Part shown: positions 52,793 through 63,277 of the stretch, piece after piece
How the letters are laid out: each line of letters begins with the position of its first letter
Numbering within the stretch: position 1 is the first letter of the stretch
Source of the DNA: a virus
Taxonomy: Duplodnaviria; Caudoviricetes
IMG/VR virus record: IMGVR_UViG_3300029288_000071
Location: 32,001-96,000 of that record
Strand: one strand, 5' to 3'
Length of the DNA stretch: 64,000 nt
Position numbers and translations under genes: made by a program
The notes under the pieces: generated by a model
The model's input: only the letters and a program-made list of their open reading frames with translations
Told to the model about the DNA's origin: nothing
The model's database searches: none

Positions 52793-54312
52793 TTTATACC
52801 ATTACTAATAACGTGCATAGCACAATCCATTGGTATTGTTTGTGATGTTAAACTTTGTATTGTTTGACTTCCTGTAGCTTTTACAGTAATATTTCCTGTT
52901 GAAGCATTATCAATAATATAGTTCATTCCTTTTGCTGTTGCTGATGGTAAAGTTATAATTTTTTCTGAAGCAGTAACAGAAATAAAATAATCAGATGATG
53001 AAATAGAATAATTAGTATCAATAGCTGAAACTGTTAAAAATCTTGATAAATTTAAATATTGATTTGAATTAAAATGATAATATGCACCAACTTCTCCACC
53101 TTGAATATTTGCTAAATCATTGTGGTTTGTTACACTTCCTGCTTGAAAGCTTGTTGTAAAAGCACTATCAATTTTAACAGCATCTGCAACTCCTTGTTGA
53201 ACAATTATTCTTCCTATCAAAATACCTAATGCTGAAAAAATTAAAGGTACAGCCGGTATATCAGCAACTGCAGCTTCTGCTAATGAATTATATTGCGCTG
53301 TGTCAAAAATATAACCTACTACATTTCCTAGAAGTTGACTAGAAGAAACTTTTTTATAAATCCAAAGTGAAGTAAATTTATTATTGCCGAGTTCTAATTT
53401 TCCTGTAGCACCCTGATAAGCTGTATTGCTAAATTGAGTTACAATAGATGGACTCCAACTAACACCATTATAGACCCACTCTCTTAATGTACAACCACTG
53501 AGATTAGACTGAAAATCATTAAAACTTATTTCATTAGCTCCATACCAGATAGTACCAGCACTAACTTTTATGTATCTTGTTGTTTGCTCTGATAAAATTA
53601 GTCCTGATGCTCGACTAAATCTTTCTGTTTTTACAAATCTTCTATTTAATTTATTCGGTAAACCATTTGCTAATGTATCCCAAGAAAGATAGTCAACTGC
53701 AGTTCCTAATCTATAAAGTGTTAAAATAGGAATGATTGATGTATTATTAATAAATGATACATCTGTTATATTTTGAAGTATAGGTAAGCCATCATTATAG
53801 TTAGCAACAAGATAATTTGTTACATCATCTGTTGCTGTAAAAGAGCCACCTGATAAAGTGTATTGAACTACTAATCCAGTTGCACCTGAATTTGTATACA
53901 GATTATAAACACCTGAACCTACTGTATAAGATCCATTTATATTATCTAGAAAAGAAGGAAGTGTTTCTACACCAGCATTAACATAATCTAATTTACTTGT
54001 TATAGAATCTTCAATATCAGTAATAACTTTAGAAGTTATTGTTACTGCTGCAGCCATTCCTGGATTAATTTCTTGTGCTACTGATCCTTCTTGAGCTCTT
54101 AATACACTAAGAGTATTCCCAATTACTCCCATTACTCTTACTATTTCTGAATTTGTTGATAGAGGTAATGCAGTTGTAGGGTAAACCGTCATATTATATG
54201 GCGGAGTCAAATTAGGAGGAGCAACTACATCAAAACTAGTTCCAGAAAGTTTAGGAATTGGAGAAGTAACAACTGTTGTATAGCCAAAATTTATATGTTT
54301 ATCAAAAGACAT
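52777..54312 (-). CDS. probable tail fibre protein
   Basis: EIVRV..RAQEGS N-terminal module; HNDLANIQGG..YH; C-terminal ITLPSA..SNGINW module. Confidence 0.6.
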   Translation of the reverse strand: MSFDKHINFGYTTVVTSPIPKLSGTSFDVVAPPNLTPPYNMTVYPTTALPLSTNSEIVRVMGVIGNTLSVLRAQEGSVAQEINPGMAAAVTITSKVITDIEDSITSKLDYVNAGVETLPSFLDNINGSYTVGSGVYNLYTNSGATGLVVQYTLSGGSFTATDDVTNYLVANYNDGLPILQNITDVSFINNTSIIPILTLYRLGTAVDYLSWDTLANGLPNKLNRRFVKTERFSRASGLILSEQTTRYIKVSAGTIWYGANEISFNDFQSNLSGCTLREWVYNGVSWSPSIVTQFSNTAYQGATGKLELGNNKFTSLWIYKKVSSSQLLGNVVGYIFDTAQYNSLAEAAVADIPAVPLIFSALGILIGRIIVQQGVADAVKIDSAFTTSFQAGSVTNHNDLANIQGGEVGAYYHFNSNQYLNLSRFLTVSAIDTNYSISSSDYFISVTASEKIITLPSATAKGMNYIIDNASTGNITVKATGSQTIQSLTSQTIPMDCAMHVISNGINWRII

Positions 54313-54315
54313 CTA

Positions 54316-56448
54316 TTAATCTTTCTTATTTTTTAACCAATTTTTTGCTTCTTTTGTAAGCTGAGATTCTCTTATTTTAATAGTTTTCTTTGAACCAGGA
54401 ATCTTTTGTAGAATATCTTTTTTAACAGAACTTGGAGATGTTTCTGGAATAACATAATTTTGTAAATCCATTTGTAGATGTTCTATTTCATTATCATTGT
54501 TATATCTACTATATTTTGGATTTTTATCAAGAAATTTTTTGATTTCCATATAAGTTAGATCAGTTGACTTGTAATGTTTTGCTAAATCAGCAACTACATC
54601 ACTAGAATCTCTGAATTTCATTTCTTTCAATCCCTTCTTAATAGTCATATTTGTGCTACTATCAGTCTGAAATTTCAATCCTTTAGGCAATTCAGCTTTA
54701 TCATTATTCTTCTTATCATCTTCTAACTGACATTCACAAGCATTAGCAGGCATTCCACATTTCTCACATTCTCTATTGATATTTGGGATCCCTGACATGC
54801 CTCCCATCCATTCTTTAACAATTTTTTTAATTTCTTTTATGTTCTTATTTTTAGAAAGAGCATATTTTCTAATTTTTTCTTGAACATCTTTATCTAATTC
54901 TGACCAAATTTTATCAGCATATTTATTTGATATGTTATAAGCAGCTGAATCTCCCAGATTTTTATAAACTGATCGAAGTAAATCTATTCTACCAAATTTA
55001 GAAATTCTATCCCATTCATCTTCAATATTAGCCATTTCAAACATTGCACCTGCTCTATAAGTAATTGGATCTCTAGTCATAGCAACTTTATTATAGATTT
55101 TTATAGCTATATCTTTAGGAACATTAAATTTTCTCATTGCTCCTGTAATCAAGTATTGCTTATCATCAAGTTGATCATAAGCTTGATCTATCCAAGCTTC
55201 TGCATCAGATGACCATTCATTCCCTGTGCCTTCTTTTAATCTATTTTTATGTTGTAAAGCTAAGGCAAGAGCTTGAGCAAAAAGATCAGGACTGCTTTTA
55301 GCTACACTTTCCCAACCATATCCTGTATCAGAAGCATGACTATATATTCTATCTAATTGTTTATCTAAATATTTGTCATTTTCTTGACACCAAGAACTTA
55401 CATCATTAACTAATTTAATCTGTTTTTTGCTGAATGTTGAAGCATTTTCTTTAACAGAATTCACTCTATTCTTATCATTCAAATTAGCTCTTTCTAATCT
55501 CAATACTGTAGCAATTTCAAACAATACATTATTTTTTCCTGCATATGTTATTAAAGCTTCTAAATCTCTTTCTTGCCATTTATCTAATGGAGTTTTAGCC
55601 ATTTGAGGTCTGTTAGAAGAATTAGCAATTTTTTCTTTATCAGGTTGTGGTAGTTGTTCCCACCACATTGCTAATTGTTTTAAGGCAGCTTCTGTTAATA
55701 CTTTTTTGTTTTCTTTTTTAAGATAAGATTGCATTTTTTCTTCTTTATCTTTAATTTGTTTTTCAATTTCTTGTAAGGTTTTTTCTTCTCTTTGAATCTT
55801 TTCTATTCTATCTTGAGGATAAAGATACATAGTAGCAATTTGAGACTTTAAAGTATTCTTTTTTGTTTTAAGATCTCTTATATCTCTAGCTAACTGAACT
55901 AATTCAGGACTAATATCTTCTTTCATTAATTTATTTTCTTTTTTAGGACTTACAAAATATAAATCTTGTGAATCTATAAAAAATTTATCTTTTTGTTTTG
56001 GATCAAATACATATACTTTTCCATGATAATTATCATTTTTAACTACTAATTTAATTCCATATTTGTCATAAAAAGTATCATCAATGTATATTGGTTCACC
56101 ATCTTTTGTTTTTAATGGTTTTGAATAATCAGTTTCTTCTTTCATGACTCCTTCTTTTATAGGAACGGTAACATAAATTGGCTTACCTTCTCTATTAAAA
56201 GCTAAATATAAAGTATTCCCAAATTTATCTTTCTTTGTTTTAGGTAATGAATTTTCTTTATACATAGACGCTTGACCCCAATTATAAAATGGACCATCTT
56301 TATATTTGTCTTTATTTCGATTGAATTCTTCTTTAGGAGTCTGAATTATTTCTCTATCCCAAGTTACAGCCCAAACATTTCCAGGTTTGAGTTCATCTCC
56401 CTGTTGAACTTTTTTTAGTAATGTCTTTTTTAATGCTTGATGTGCCAT
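54316..56448 (-). CDS. probable internal head polyprotein
   Basis: Modules separated by (L/M/V/I)xE sites. Confidence 0.5.
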   Translation of the reverse strand: MAHQALKKTLLKKVQQGDELKPGNVWAVTWDREIIQTPKEEFNRNKDKYKDGPFYNWGQASMYKENSLPKTKKDKFGNTLYLAFNREGKPIYVTVPIKEGVMKEETDYSKPLKTKDGEPIYIDDTFYDKYGIKLVVKNDNYHGKVYVFDPKQKDKFFIDSQDLYFVSPKKENKLMKEDISPELVQLARDIRDLKTKKNTLKSQIATMYLYPQDRIEKIQREEKTLQEIEKQIKDKEEKMQSYLKKENKKVLTEAALKQLAMWWEQLPQPDKEKIANSSNRPQMAKTPLDKWQERDLEALITYAGKNNVLFEIATVLRLERANLNDKNRVNSVKENASTFSKKQIKLVNDVSSWCQENDKYLDKQLDRIYSHASDTGYGWESVAKSSPDLFAQALALALQHKNRLKEGTGNEWSSDAEAWIDQAYDQLDDKQYLITGAMRKFNVPKDIAIKIYNKVAMTRDPITYRAGAMFEMANIEDEWDRISKFGRIDLLRSVYKNLGDSAAYNISNKYADKIWSELDKDVQEKIRKYALSKNKNIKEIKKIVKEWMGGMSGIPNINRECEKCGMPANACECQLEDDKKNNDKAELPKGLKFQTDSSTNMTIKKGLKEMKFRDSSDVVADLAKHYKSTDLTYMEIKKFLDKNPKYSRYNNDNEIEHLQMDLQNYVIPETSPSSVKKDILQKIPGSKKTIKIRESQLTKEAKNWLKNKKD

Positions 56449-56453
56449 AATTT

Positions 56454-57173
56454 TTAGTGATATCTATATTTGTCTTCATCATCTGGTGGATCAAATTCTA
56501 CATGTGCACTTGCTTTTTTGGATATCTTAAATCCTTTAGCTACTAATTTCTGCAATAACTGTCTAAATTGAGAAATTCCATTTGCATGTCCTGCTTTAAG
56601 TTCAAATCTAGCTTCAGTAGCTTGACCTCTATCTGAGCTTATGCTCATAATATGATAATCTTTAGGTTCTACTTCAATTTTAATTTTGCTGTTATCAGGT
56701 GCTGTAAATATATACTCAGTAGAAGCAATTTTTGAATCATTTAATTCAGATTTATTTGGATCCATATCTAATCCCGAACCAGAATCTACATCTGATTGCG
56801 CATCTTCTCTTACAGTTCCTCTTTCATTATTATCTTCTAACCATTTTTCAGCTTCAATTGAACTGTTAAATTTAACTTTAAATGCTGGATTTTTAGGATC
56901 ATCTTTACTGTAAAGATATCCGTTTTTAAAATCATAATATGGCCAATCTTCTGCTTCTTTAACTAATCTTTTTAAAGATAGAGAAGTTTCATTTAATTCT
57001 TCATATCCCTGGCTTGTCAAAAGATGTTTAATTTTATCTAAGGGAGCACTATATTTAATAAACTTCCAACCAGCTTCTTTTTCAGGAGTTACAGCAAAAT
57101 AAAATTGCTTCTTATCTGGATTTATCATCACAGAAGTTTCTGATTCTTTAATAATTTGTGATAATGATTTCAT
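56454..57173 (-). CDS. probable internal head protein
   Basis: MKSLSQIIKE start; internal LSLKRLVKE. Confidence 0.5.
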   Translation of the reverse strand: MKSLSQIIKESETSVMINPDKKQFYFAVTPEKEAGWKFIKYSAPLDKIKHLLTSQGYEELNETSLSLKRLVKEAEDWPYYDFKNGYLYSKDDPKNPAFKVKFNSSIEAEKWLEDNNERGTVREDAQSDVDSGSGLDMDPNKSELNDSKIASTEYIFTAPDNSKIKIEVEPKDYHIMSISSDRGQATEARFELKAGHANGISQFRQLLQKLVAKGFKISKKASAHVEFDPPDDEDKYRYH

Positions 57174-57175
57174 TT

Positions 57176-58621
57176 TTAACTCTCAAATTTTGTACATTGG
57201 CAATTTGGAGCTGTACAATATCCATCTGAGTCATGTTGATCTTCAGAATGATTACAATTAGTACAAGTTGTTGATTCTCTAAGTTCAGGTTTAGCATTAG
57301 TTACATATTCATCTCCACCTTCTATAAGATTTGTAATTTTAAAAGCATTCGCAGGATACTTAATTCCTAATATTCTAATAGCTTCTTTAATTGATTTAGC
57401 TTTAACATCTTCTGTAATTACATTTTTTTCATCATATTTATTAACAATAACCGCTCCGTATTCTTTTAATGGAGGAGTTTTTTCATATGATTTGTTGCAT
57501 CCTGCACATACATATTTACCTTTGTGTTCTTTGTCTTGACGTTGATCTCTTACTAGTTGAATTTTCTTACCAGCTTTCAAGCAGTCTGGACATAATAGTT
57601 TTTCTTCTTCATACAAATGTTCAATTCCAATTCTCTTAAGTTGAGAAGGATTCAAAGAAAAATCTTTTTCAGAATTAAAATCATGAACTAATATTTTATC
57701 AGGTGATAGAATCTTTTCTACTCTATATTTATCCATCATGCTCCATTTATAAGTTTTAGCTTTAGGATCGAATGCTTTTTGAATAACACGATCTCTAACT
57801 CTGACAGGTTTACCTTCAGCATCTTTTACGAAGTCAATAGATTCATCAACTTCTTCTTTCTTAACAGGTTTCTTTTTAACTTTAACAGCTCCTAAATCTT
57901 TTAAAGTCTTTTTTGAAGGTACTGGTCTTACAGTAGACATGGGATGTTTTGCTTCTAAAGCATGATTCATTACATCATCTTGATTGTTATCACTAAATTC
58001 TTTCATTTTTCTATCTACATACTTAGACCATTCAGGACTATTATGAGTAAATTTCTTATCAGCTTCTTTTTCTATTGAAATCTGAGCTCTATTAAATTTT
58101 TGAAGATTAGGATCATTGCTTTGTTCATAAGCATGTTTCATATCAGGTTTATCGGGTCTTTTATTCAGAACTTCAGCATCATCTTCTTCAGGTTCTTTTT
58201 TATTTTTAATTTTTTTCATTGCATCATCATGACTCAATCCCTTTTTTCTAAGAGCAGTATATTCTGAACCACTATCAGTTTCTACTTCACTTACTTCTGA
58301 AGGTTCTTCAGCAATCTCATGAGCTCTAATAATTACTGTATTCATATCATTGATAAGTTTCTGAATTCTAGATATTTCAACAGTAGCACGTTTGAATTCA
58401 AAAGTATCTCTAACTTTCAAACCTAAAGATAAGAAAGCTTCTAAGTGAGTAAAAGAATTATCAGCTTGTTGTTTTATTTTTTGCCCTAAATCATACAATT
58501 TTTGAATCTTATCATATTTCATATCATCTGCAGAAGTATCTTCTTTGCTAGCAGCTTCCAAAATGATCTTTTTGTATTCTTCGTAGGCTAATTGTTTAAT
58601 TTCTCGTTTTGTGATTTTCAT
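57176..58621 (-). CDS. probable internal head polyprotein
   Basis: MKITKREIKQL..EE start; repeated xE sites; Zn ribbons. Confidence 0.5.
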   Translation of the reverse strand: MKITKREIKQLAYEEYKKIILEAASKEDTSADDMKYDKIQKLYDLGQKIKQQADNSFTHLEAFLSLGLKVRDTFEFKRATVEISRIQKLINDMNTVIIRAHEIAEEPSEVSEVETDSGSEYTALRKKGLSHDDAMKKIKNKKEPEEDDAEVLNKRPDKPDMKHAYEQSNDPNLQKFNRAQISIEKEADKKFTHNSPEWSKYVDRKMKEFSDNNQDDVMNHALEAKHPMSTVRPVPSKKTLKDLGAVKVKKKPVKKEEVDESIDFVKDAEGKPVRVRDRVIQKAFDPKAKTYKWSMMDKYRVEKILSPDKILVHDFNSEKDFSLNPSQLKRIGIEHLYEEEKLLCPDCLKAGKKIQLVRDQRQDKEHKGKYVCAGCNKSYEKTPPLKEYGAVIVNKYDEKNVITEDVKAKSIKEAIRILGIKYPANAFKITNLIEGGDEYVTNAKPELRESTTCTNCNHSEDQHDSDGYCTAPNCQCTKFES

Positions 58622-58638
58622 TGTTGTTTTCTCTTAAG

Positions 58639-59016
58639 TTACTCTTTTGTATCTTCATCAGTTTTTTGTTCTTCTGAATCACTTGTTTTAGATCGATATT
58701 TTTCAAATTCAGTTTTATCCATCAAAACAAGTTTCTTCTTCATTTCTTTTACTAAAAATATCAAAGTACCATAACCACCGAAAGAACCTATTCCTGCTGC
58801 AATAACTCCAGCTATTTCAGCAGGAGTAAACATGTGAACAACTAAAAAAGACATATAACCAGCAAACACTCCCACTACTGCATGAATCGCCATTAATCCT
58901 AAAGATAATTTATCTAATTCTTGAGTTTTTATCAAAAATTCTGATAAGTATCTTACAATACCTCCGAGGATGCTAGTCAAAAAAATCTGTATTGTATAGA
59001 GTGGATCGTTATTCAT
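58639..59016 (-). CDS. putative holin
   Basis: Three TM segments, LGGIVRY, GVFAG, charged C-terminal tail. Confidence 0.65.
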   Translation of the reverse strand: MNNDPLYTIQIFLTSILGGIVRYLSEFLIKTQELDKLSLGLMAIHAVVGVFAGYMSFLVVHMFTPAEIAGVIAAGIGSFGGYGTLIFLVKEMKKKLVLMDKTEFEKYRSKTSDSEEQKTDEDTKE

Positions 59017-59021
59017 TTATT

Positions 59022-59729
59022 TTATTCTTTCTTATTATAAGTTAGCGCTATTGGTATCAAAACTAATATCATCCCTGCCAATAGTGTGGCACCACTAAAC
59101 AACCACACATATTTAATTCTTGTATTTTCAATTAAAATATCTAAATTAACTGTAGGTGTATATACTATGAAAACATATTTTGCTATTTTTGGATTAGGAG
59201 AAGGTATAATAACCCATGTTACTAAAAATTTTGTTCCATCTCTTCTTACAGCTATTATGGGTTTTTTATCATTTGTAACTTGATAATTAATTAGTGAATT
59301 ATAAATTTTCAAATTTTCTTTTTTATCTGTTATTCCTAAAGAATCTGATAGTCTTATTCCATCTCTGAATGACTTACAAGCTGCATATTTGTGAAAAGAA
59401 GGATTTCCCTCGATTGCTAAAACTGGAAATCCTTTTTCAGGTTCCCAAGTACATAAAATACCAGCTTCATTATCTTGCAATGTACTATTCAAAAATTTTG
59501 CTAATCCCAAACCATTATCAATTTTGTATCTTTCAGAATTATAATAGTACTGTGACATTTGAGTAATTGCAAATGTTTTATAATGATTTCGTTGAGAATA
59601 CATTACATTTTCAAAATCATCAATAGCAGTTCTAGTTATGTATAATGTGAAAATAACCAATAAAATATTACAAGTTATAAATATTAAATGATAAAGTCCG
59701 TTTTTCTTATTTTTTTTCATTGTTTCCAT
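59022..59729 (-). CDS. two-TM protein with periplasmic domain
   Basis: Hydrophobic segments at both ends; adjacent to holin. Confidence 0.55.
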   Translation of the reverse strand: METMKKNKKNGLYHLIFITCNILLVIFTLYITRTAIDDFENVMYSQRNHYKTFAITQMSQYYYNSERYKIDNGLGLAKFLNSTLQDNEAGILCTWEPEKGFPVLAIEGNPSFHKYAACKSFRDGIRLSDSLGITDKKENLKIYNSLINYQVTNDKKPIIAVRRDGTKFLVTWVIIPSPNPKIAKYVFIVYTPTVNLDILIENTRIKYVWLFSGATLLAGMILVLIPIALTYNKKE

Positions 59730-60219
59730 TTCTATTACCGTTTAAAAATTTTGTTATGTTACTGATTGGGTGTCTCTTATGAAACTTTCCAATTATAACT
59801 GTCGCTAAAAAATTAGCTATTATTTCGTAACTAAGCAAATCATGAAAAACTTCAGATAATTCAGCATCGGAAACCTTGAATTTATTTTTAAGCATTTTTT
59901 CTACTAAATCATTTTCTTTAGAAAAAGCTATTTTTGCTAATTCTGGATTGTTTCGCGTTAGAAAATGAGTGAGTTCATGAATCAAAACCCAAGCAACATC
60001 TTCTTTAGATTGTTTAGAAAGATCTATTTTTAAAGTTAATGAATTAGAAGCAACATCAAAAGAAGATCTGTCATAAAAATCTTTCTTTTTAATAACTGTT
60101 ATCTTAAAAGGATATTTTGACTTATCTACTAATCCCAAAAATGGCTTTAACTTCTGAGCATATTGTTTTAGAAAGCTAATATCAAAATTTGTTTTATTTT
60201 TAATTGTGATATATGCCAA
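59707..60219 (-). CDS. HExxH metallopeptidase-like protein
   Basis: LIHELTH...EIIA. Confidence 0.6.
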   Translation of the reverse strand: MAYITIKNKTNFDISFLKQYAQKLKPFLGLVDKSKYPFKITVIKKKDFYDRSSFDVASNSLTLKIDLSKQSKEDVAWVLIHELTHFLTRNNPELAKIAFSKENDLVEKMLKNKFKVSDAELSEVFHDLLSYEIIANFLATVIIGKFHKRHPISNITKFLNGNRNGNNEKK

Positions 60220-60414
60220 GTTTATATCTCTAATGAATTATATATTTTTTTAAGTTGATTTATCATTATAGCTTTTAACTTATTTTTGTCCCATCCTGAA
60301 TATCCTCCACTTTCAAGAACATCTATTAATTCTTTTAGAGCTTTTCTAGCAGTATGGATTTTATTTTCTTCATAACTAACACTTTCTATTATTTTTTTTA
60401 GGCTTTTCATAGAA

Positions 60415-61191
60415 TTATTGATAGAAATATTTTAATACATCTGTTAATGCTAATGCAGCATCATGTTTATTTTTAATGTCTTTATTATGAAATATAATAC
60501 TATGTAACAACTTGTCAATATCAGCTTCAAACTTTTTATAAATTTCTACACTTATAGATTCATTTAATGGAATTAATTTTTTTAGACTTAAATTTTCTGT
60601 TAACTGATCTTTCATTGCTCTCCTCTTAAAAGCTTCAAATGGTATTTGCTCTATATGACCAAAAAATTCTGGTTTATCATATGAATTTCTAAAAATCTGT
60701 TCAGCTTGATGTTCATCTTCTGCACCTAAAATATATTTACTTTCATCATATTCTCCAGTATCAGGAACTTTTGTAGAAACTTTAAAAACTAAATCTGAAC
60801 CACCTTGTGGATTTACATAAACATCTATCATATCTCCGTCTAATCCTTCAGTATCAGGAATCCTTCCATAATGCCATTGCATTACTTGTGACCATTTATG
60901 ACCATCTCTATCTTGTCCACTTCTAACAGTTCCAGCAGGATTTTCAATTTCAATTGGAAGTTCTCTCCAAATAGCTTTTTTAACTGGAAAATCTAATTCA
61001 GATTGTTCTTTTACAGAAATTCTTTGAGGTTCATGTCTAATATACTCTTTTCCATCTGTTCCTTTAATTATGAGTTCACCTCCTTTATGAGATACTACTT
61101 TTCCAGGAACTGATGTAAAGTGCCTATGTTTTTTAGTTATGAGTCGAACTCTTTGCCCTTTATATAATTTTTTATCCCAATTATATTTCAT
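60415..61191 (-). CDS. inorganic pyrophosphatase-like domain protein
   Basis: IEIENPAGTVRSG, HYG, DGDMIDVYV, DESK. Confidence 0.8.
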   Translation of the reverse strand: MKYNWDKKLYKGQRVRLITKKHRHFTSVPGKVVSHKGGELIIKGTDGKEYIRHEPQRISVKEQSELDFPVKKAIWRELPIEIENPAGTVRSGQDRDGHKWSQVMQWHYGRIPDTEGLDGDMIDVYVNPQGGSDLVFKVSTKVPDTGEYDESKYILGAEDEHQAEQIFRNSYDKPEFFGHIEQIPFEAFKRRAMKDQLTENLSLKKLIPLNESISVEIYKKFEADIDKLLHSIIFHNKDIKNKHDAALALTDVLKYFYQ

Positions 61192-61888
61192 AATTAGAAT
61201 CCCAAATAATTTTAAAATCACAATCAAGTAGTTTTTGTATTTGTTCTTGCCTTTTTAAATCTCTTGCCTGAACACTCTTTTTTGAGTGTTTCTTTTCATA
61301 TACTTCATATACAGTGTTAGTTGCAGGACAGTAACCATCAACAAAATAACCAATATCTTTAAGATGATATTGTCTTAAGATTTTACAATTATCTTTCTGT
61401 TCTTGTTTATCAAGAATATTTGCTTCATTTTTACCGATTCTTGGACATTTAAAATTTTCATGATTTTGCATATATTTAATATTGCCAATTCTAATATTGT
61501 TTTTATGTTCTTCTGATAATGTTTTTCCTAAGTGTGAAATGCTTAATTTATTTTTTGTTTCTTCTGAATGAGTTTTTTTATGCCTTCCTTCAGCATAAGC
61601 TTTTTTAAGAGAGATACTGTGTTTTTCTTTTGATAAATCTGAGCATTTTTTTCCTAAATGAGCTAATGAATTTTTCAATTTCATTTCTTCTGTGTGTATA
61701 TGACCTATTCGAGCGCAATGATAACTACAATATTTATCTTGATATGTAAGTTGTTTATTACAATTTAGACAATTTTCTACTTTGTCATAATACTTTCTCT
61801 TGCAAACAAATGAACAAAAGTGAGCATTTTTGTCATTTGTCTTTTCTTTGTTGCAAAATTTACAAAAATTATCTTTTTTCTTATACAT
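61181..61888 (-). CDS. NUMOD3-containing homing endonuclease
   Basis: HSEETKNKLS repeats; VDGYC..VYEVYE..H nuclease; start uncertain. Confidence 0.75.
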   Translation of the reverse strand: MYKKKDNFCKFCNKEKTNDKNAHFCSFVCKRKYYDKVENCLNCNKQLTYQDKYCSYHCARIGHIHTEEMKLKNSLAHLGKKCSDLSKEKHSISLKKAYAEGRHKKTHSEETKNKLSISHLGKTLSEEHKNNIRIGNIKYMQNHENFKCPRIGKNEANILDKQEQKDNCKILRQYHLKDIGYFVDGYCPATNTVYEVYEKKHSKKSVQARDLKRQEQIQKLLDCDFKIIWDSNYEI

Positions 61889-61892
61889 ATAT

Positions 61893-62948
61893 CTACTTAA
61901 TTCTTGTTGCTGATATTCCACTTTTACCAATCATTGTCTGTTCTTTATCAATTTTCCAAGTTTCATTTCTGTATTTGAATACATGATTTTTTATCAATAA
62001 AGTTCCTGGTTTATTAACTCCTAAAGTTTTCAACAAATCAATACTAAATGTTCGTTCATCTCCGATTGGAGTAGTTGATTCTAATATTAATTGTTTAAAT
62101 GTTTTCATTTTTTCTTTCTTTATTTCACTTAAGTAGTTTTTGAATTCTTTATTTTGAAAATCAGGCATTTCATTTTTCATTCCTTCTTTATCAGCTTGTT
62201 TTTCCATATTATCTAATCTTGTATAATAATCTGGAATTTCTGCTAAATGGTCAAGAGCTATCTTTTCGGCTAATTTCCAATCATCCGTATGTTCATATTC
62301 TATTTCAATACCTCTTTTTAATTGAGCTTGATCTACATCATCTTTTTCAACATCTTTTTCTATTGATTTGCTAGCTTCTTTTAACCAATCTATGAAATTT
62401 CCAGATTCACCACAATCAGGACATTGATATTTTTCTTCAGATGTTTTTACAGGTGGTTTTGTACTTCCACACCAATAACATTTTGTTTTTTCAGTTTCTT
62501 TTAAACTCTGTTTCATTAAATCAATAATTTCTTCAGAAGTTAATCCATGATGCATTAGTATTAATTTAATTTTATCTTCATCTCCGCCCCACATTTGTCT
62601 AGCTCTTTGAATAAATCTAATTAAAGCTTCTTTTTCGGCTTGATCTAATATTTCATTTATCTGTTTCGTAGTATTACTCCAACTAGCTACTCCTAAATCA
62701 ACTGGAGCAGGATAACTATAGGGTGTTTTTCCCATAACTCTTTCAATTTGATCAGTTCCTACCCACTTACCAATTGGTTCTCCAGGTTTATCAGTTAAAT
62801 AAACTGCAAAATGTCCTACTGGAGATTTATCTCCTTTAAGATCAACATCAGATATATACTTTTTACTTCCATCTTTCAACTTAACCCAACGCCCTAAATG
62901 GATTTGTTGTGGCATAATGAATTCAGTTATTTTTTTAAACTTCTTCAT
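61893..62948 (-). CDS. multi-module protein with DUF5661-like domain
   Basis: GIEIEYEHT..IALDHLAEIPDYYTRL; internal MKTFKQLILE. Confidence 0.7.
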   Translation of the reverse strand: MKKFKKITEFIMPQQIHLGRWVKLKDGSKKYISDVDLKGDKSPVGHFAVYLTDKPGEPIGKWVGTDQIERVMGKTPYSYPAPVDLGVASWSNTTKQINEILDQAEKEALIRFIQRARQMWGGDEDKIKLILMHHGLTSEEIIDLMKQSLKETEKTKCYWCGSTKPPVKTSEEKYQCPDCGESGNFIDWLKEASKSIEKDVEKDDVDQAQLKRGIEIEYEHTDDWKLAEKIALDHLAEIPDYYTRLDNMEKQADKEGMKNEMPDFQNKEFKNYLSEIKKEKMKTFKQLILESTTPIGDERTFSIDLLKTLGVNKPGTLLIKNHVFKYRNETWKIDKEQTMIGKSGISATRIK

Positions 62949-63273
62949 TCTTTTTATTTTTTCTAACTCTTTTAGTTTCTGTTAAACCTAAACCGCTTCC
63001 CTTAAGTAAAGCATTATAAACATACATCTGAGCTTGATTAGGAGTTTTATTTTTAATATTTTTCTCCATAGCATTTAAATATTTATCACTAACGGACAAT
63101 CCATAATTTTCAACTTTTGATCTTAACCAATCCATAAAAGTTTCAGGTTTATAATTTGCTCCAAACTGTTTTCCTAATTCTCCTGTTTGAGATACTTGAG
63201 TAAGGAAGTTTGTAAGAGTCTTATCTTTTGTACTTAAATCTATTTCATTAATTATTCTTTTGAATGTTTTCAT
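62935..63273 (-). CDS. probable internal head protein
   Basis: MKTFKRIINE start. Confidence 0.5.
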   Translation of the reverse strand: MKTFKRIINEIDLSTKDKTLTNFLTQVSQTGELGKQFGANYKPETFMDWLRSKVENYGLSVSDKYLNAMEKNIKNKTPNQAQMYVYNALLKGSGLGLTETKRVRKNKKNEEV

Positions 63274-63277
63274 AATT

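Noticed and set aside
833-59566. Short plus-strand ORFs in the track other than 24539-25168
   Set aside because: Antisense shadows of well-supported minus-strand genes
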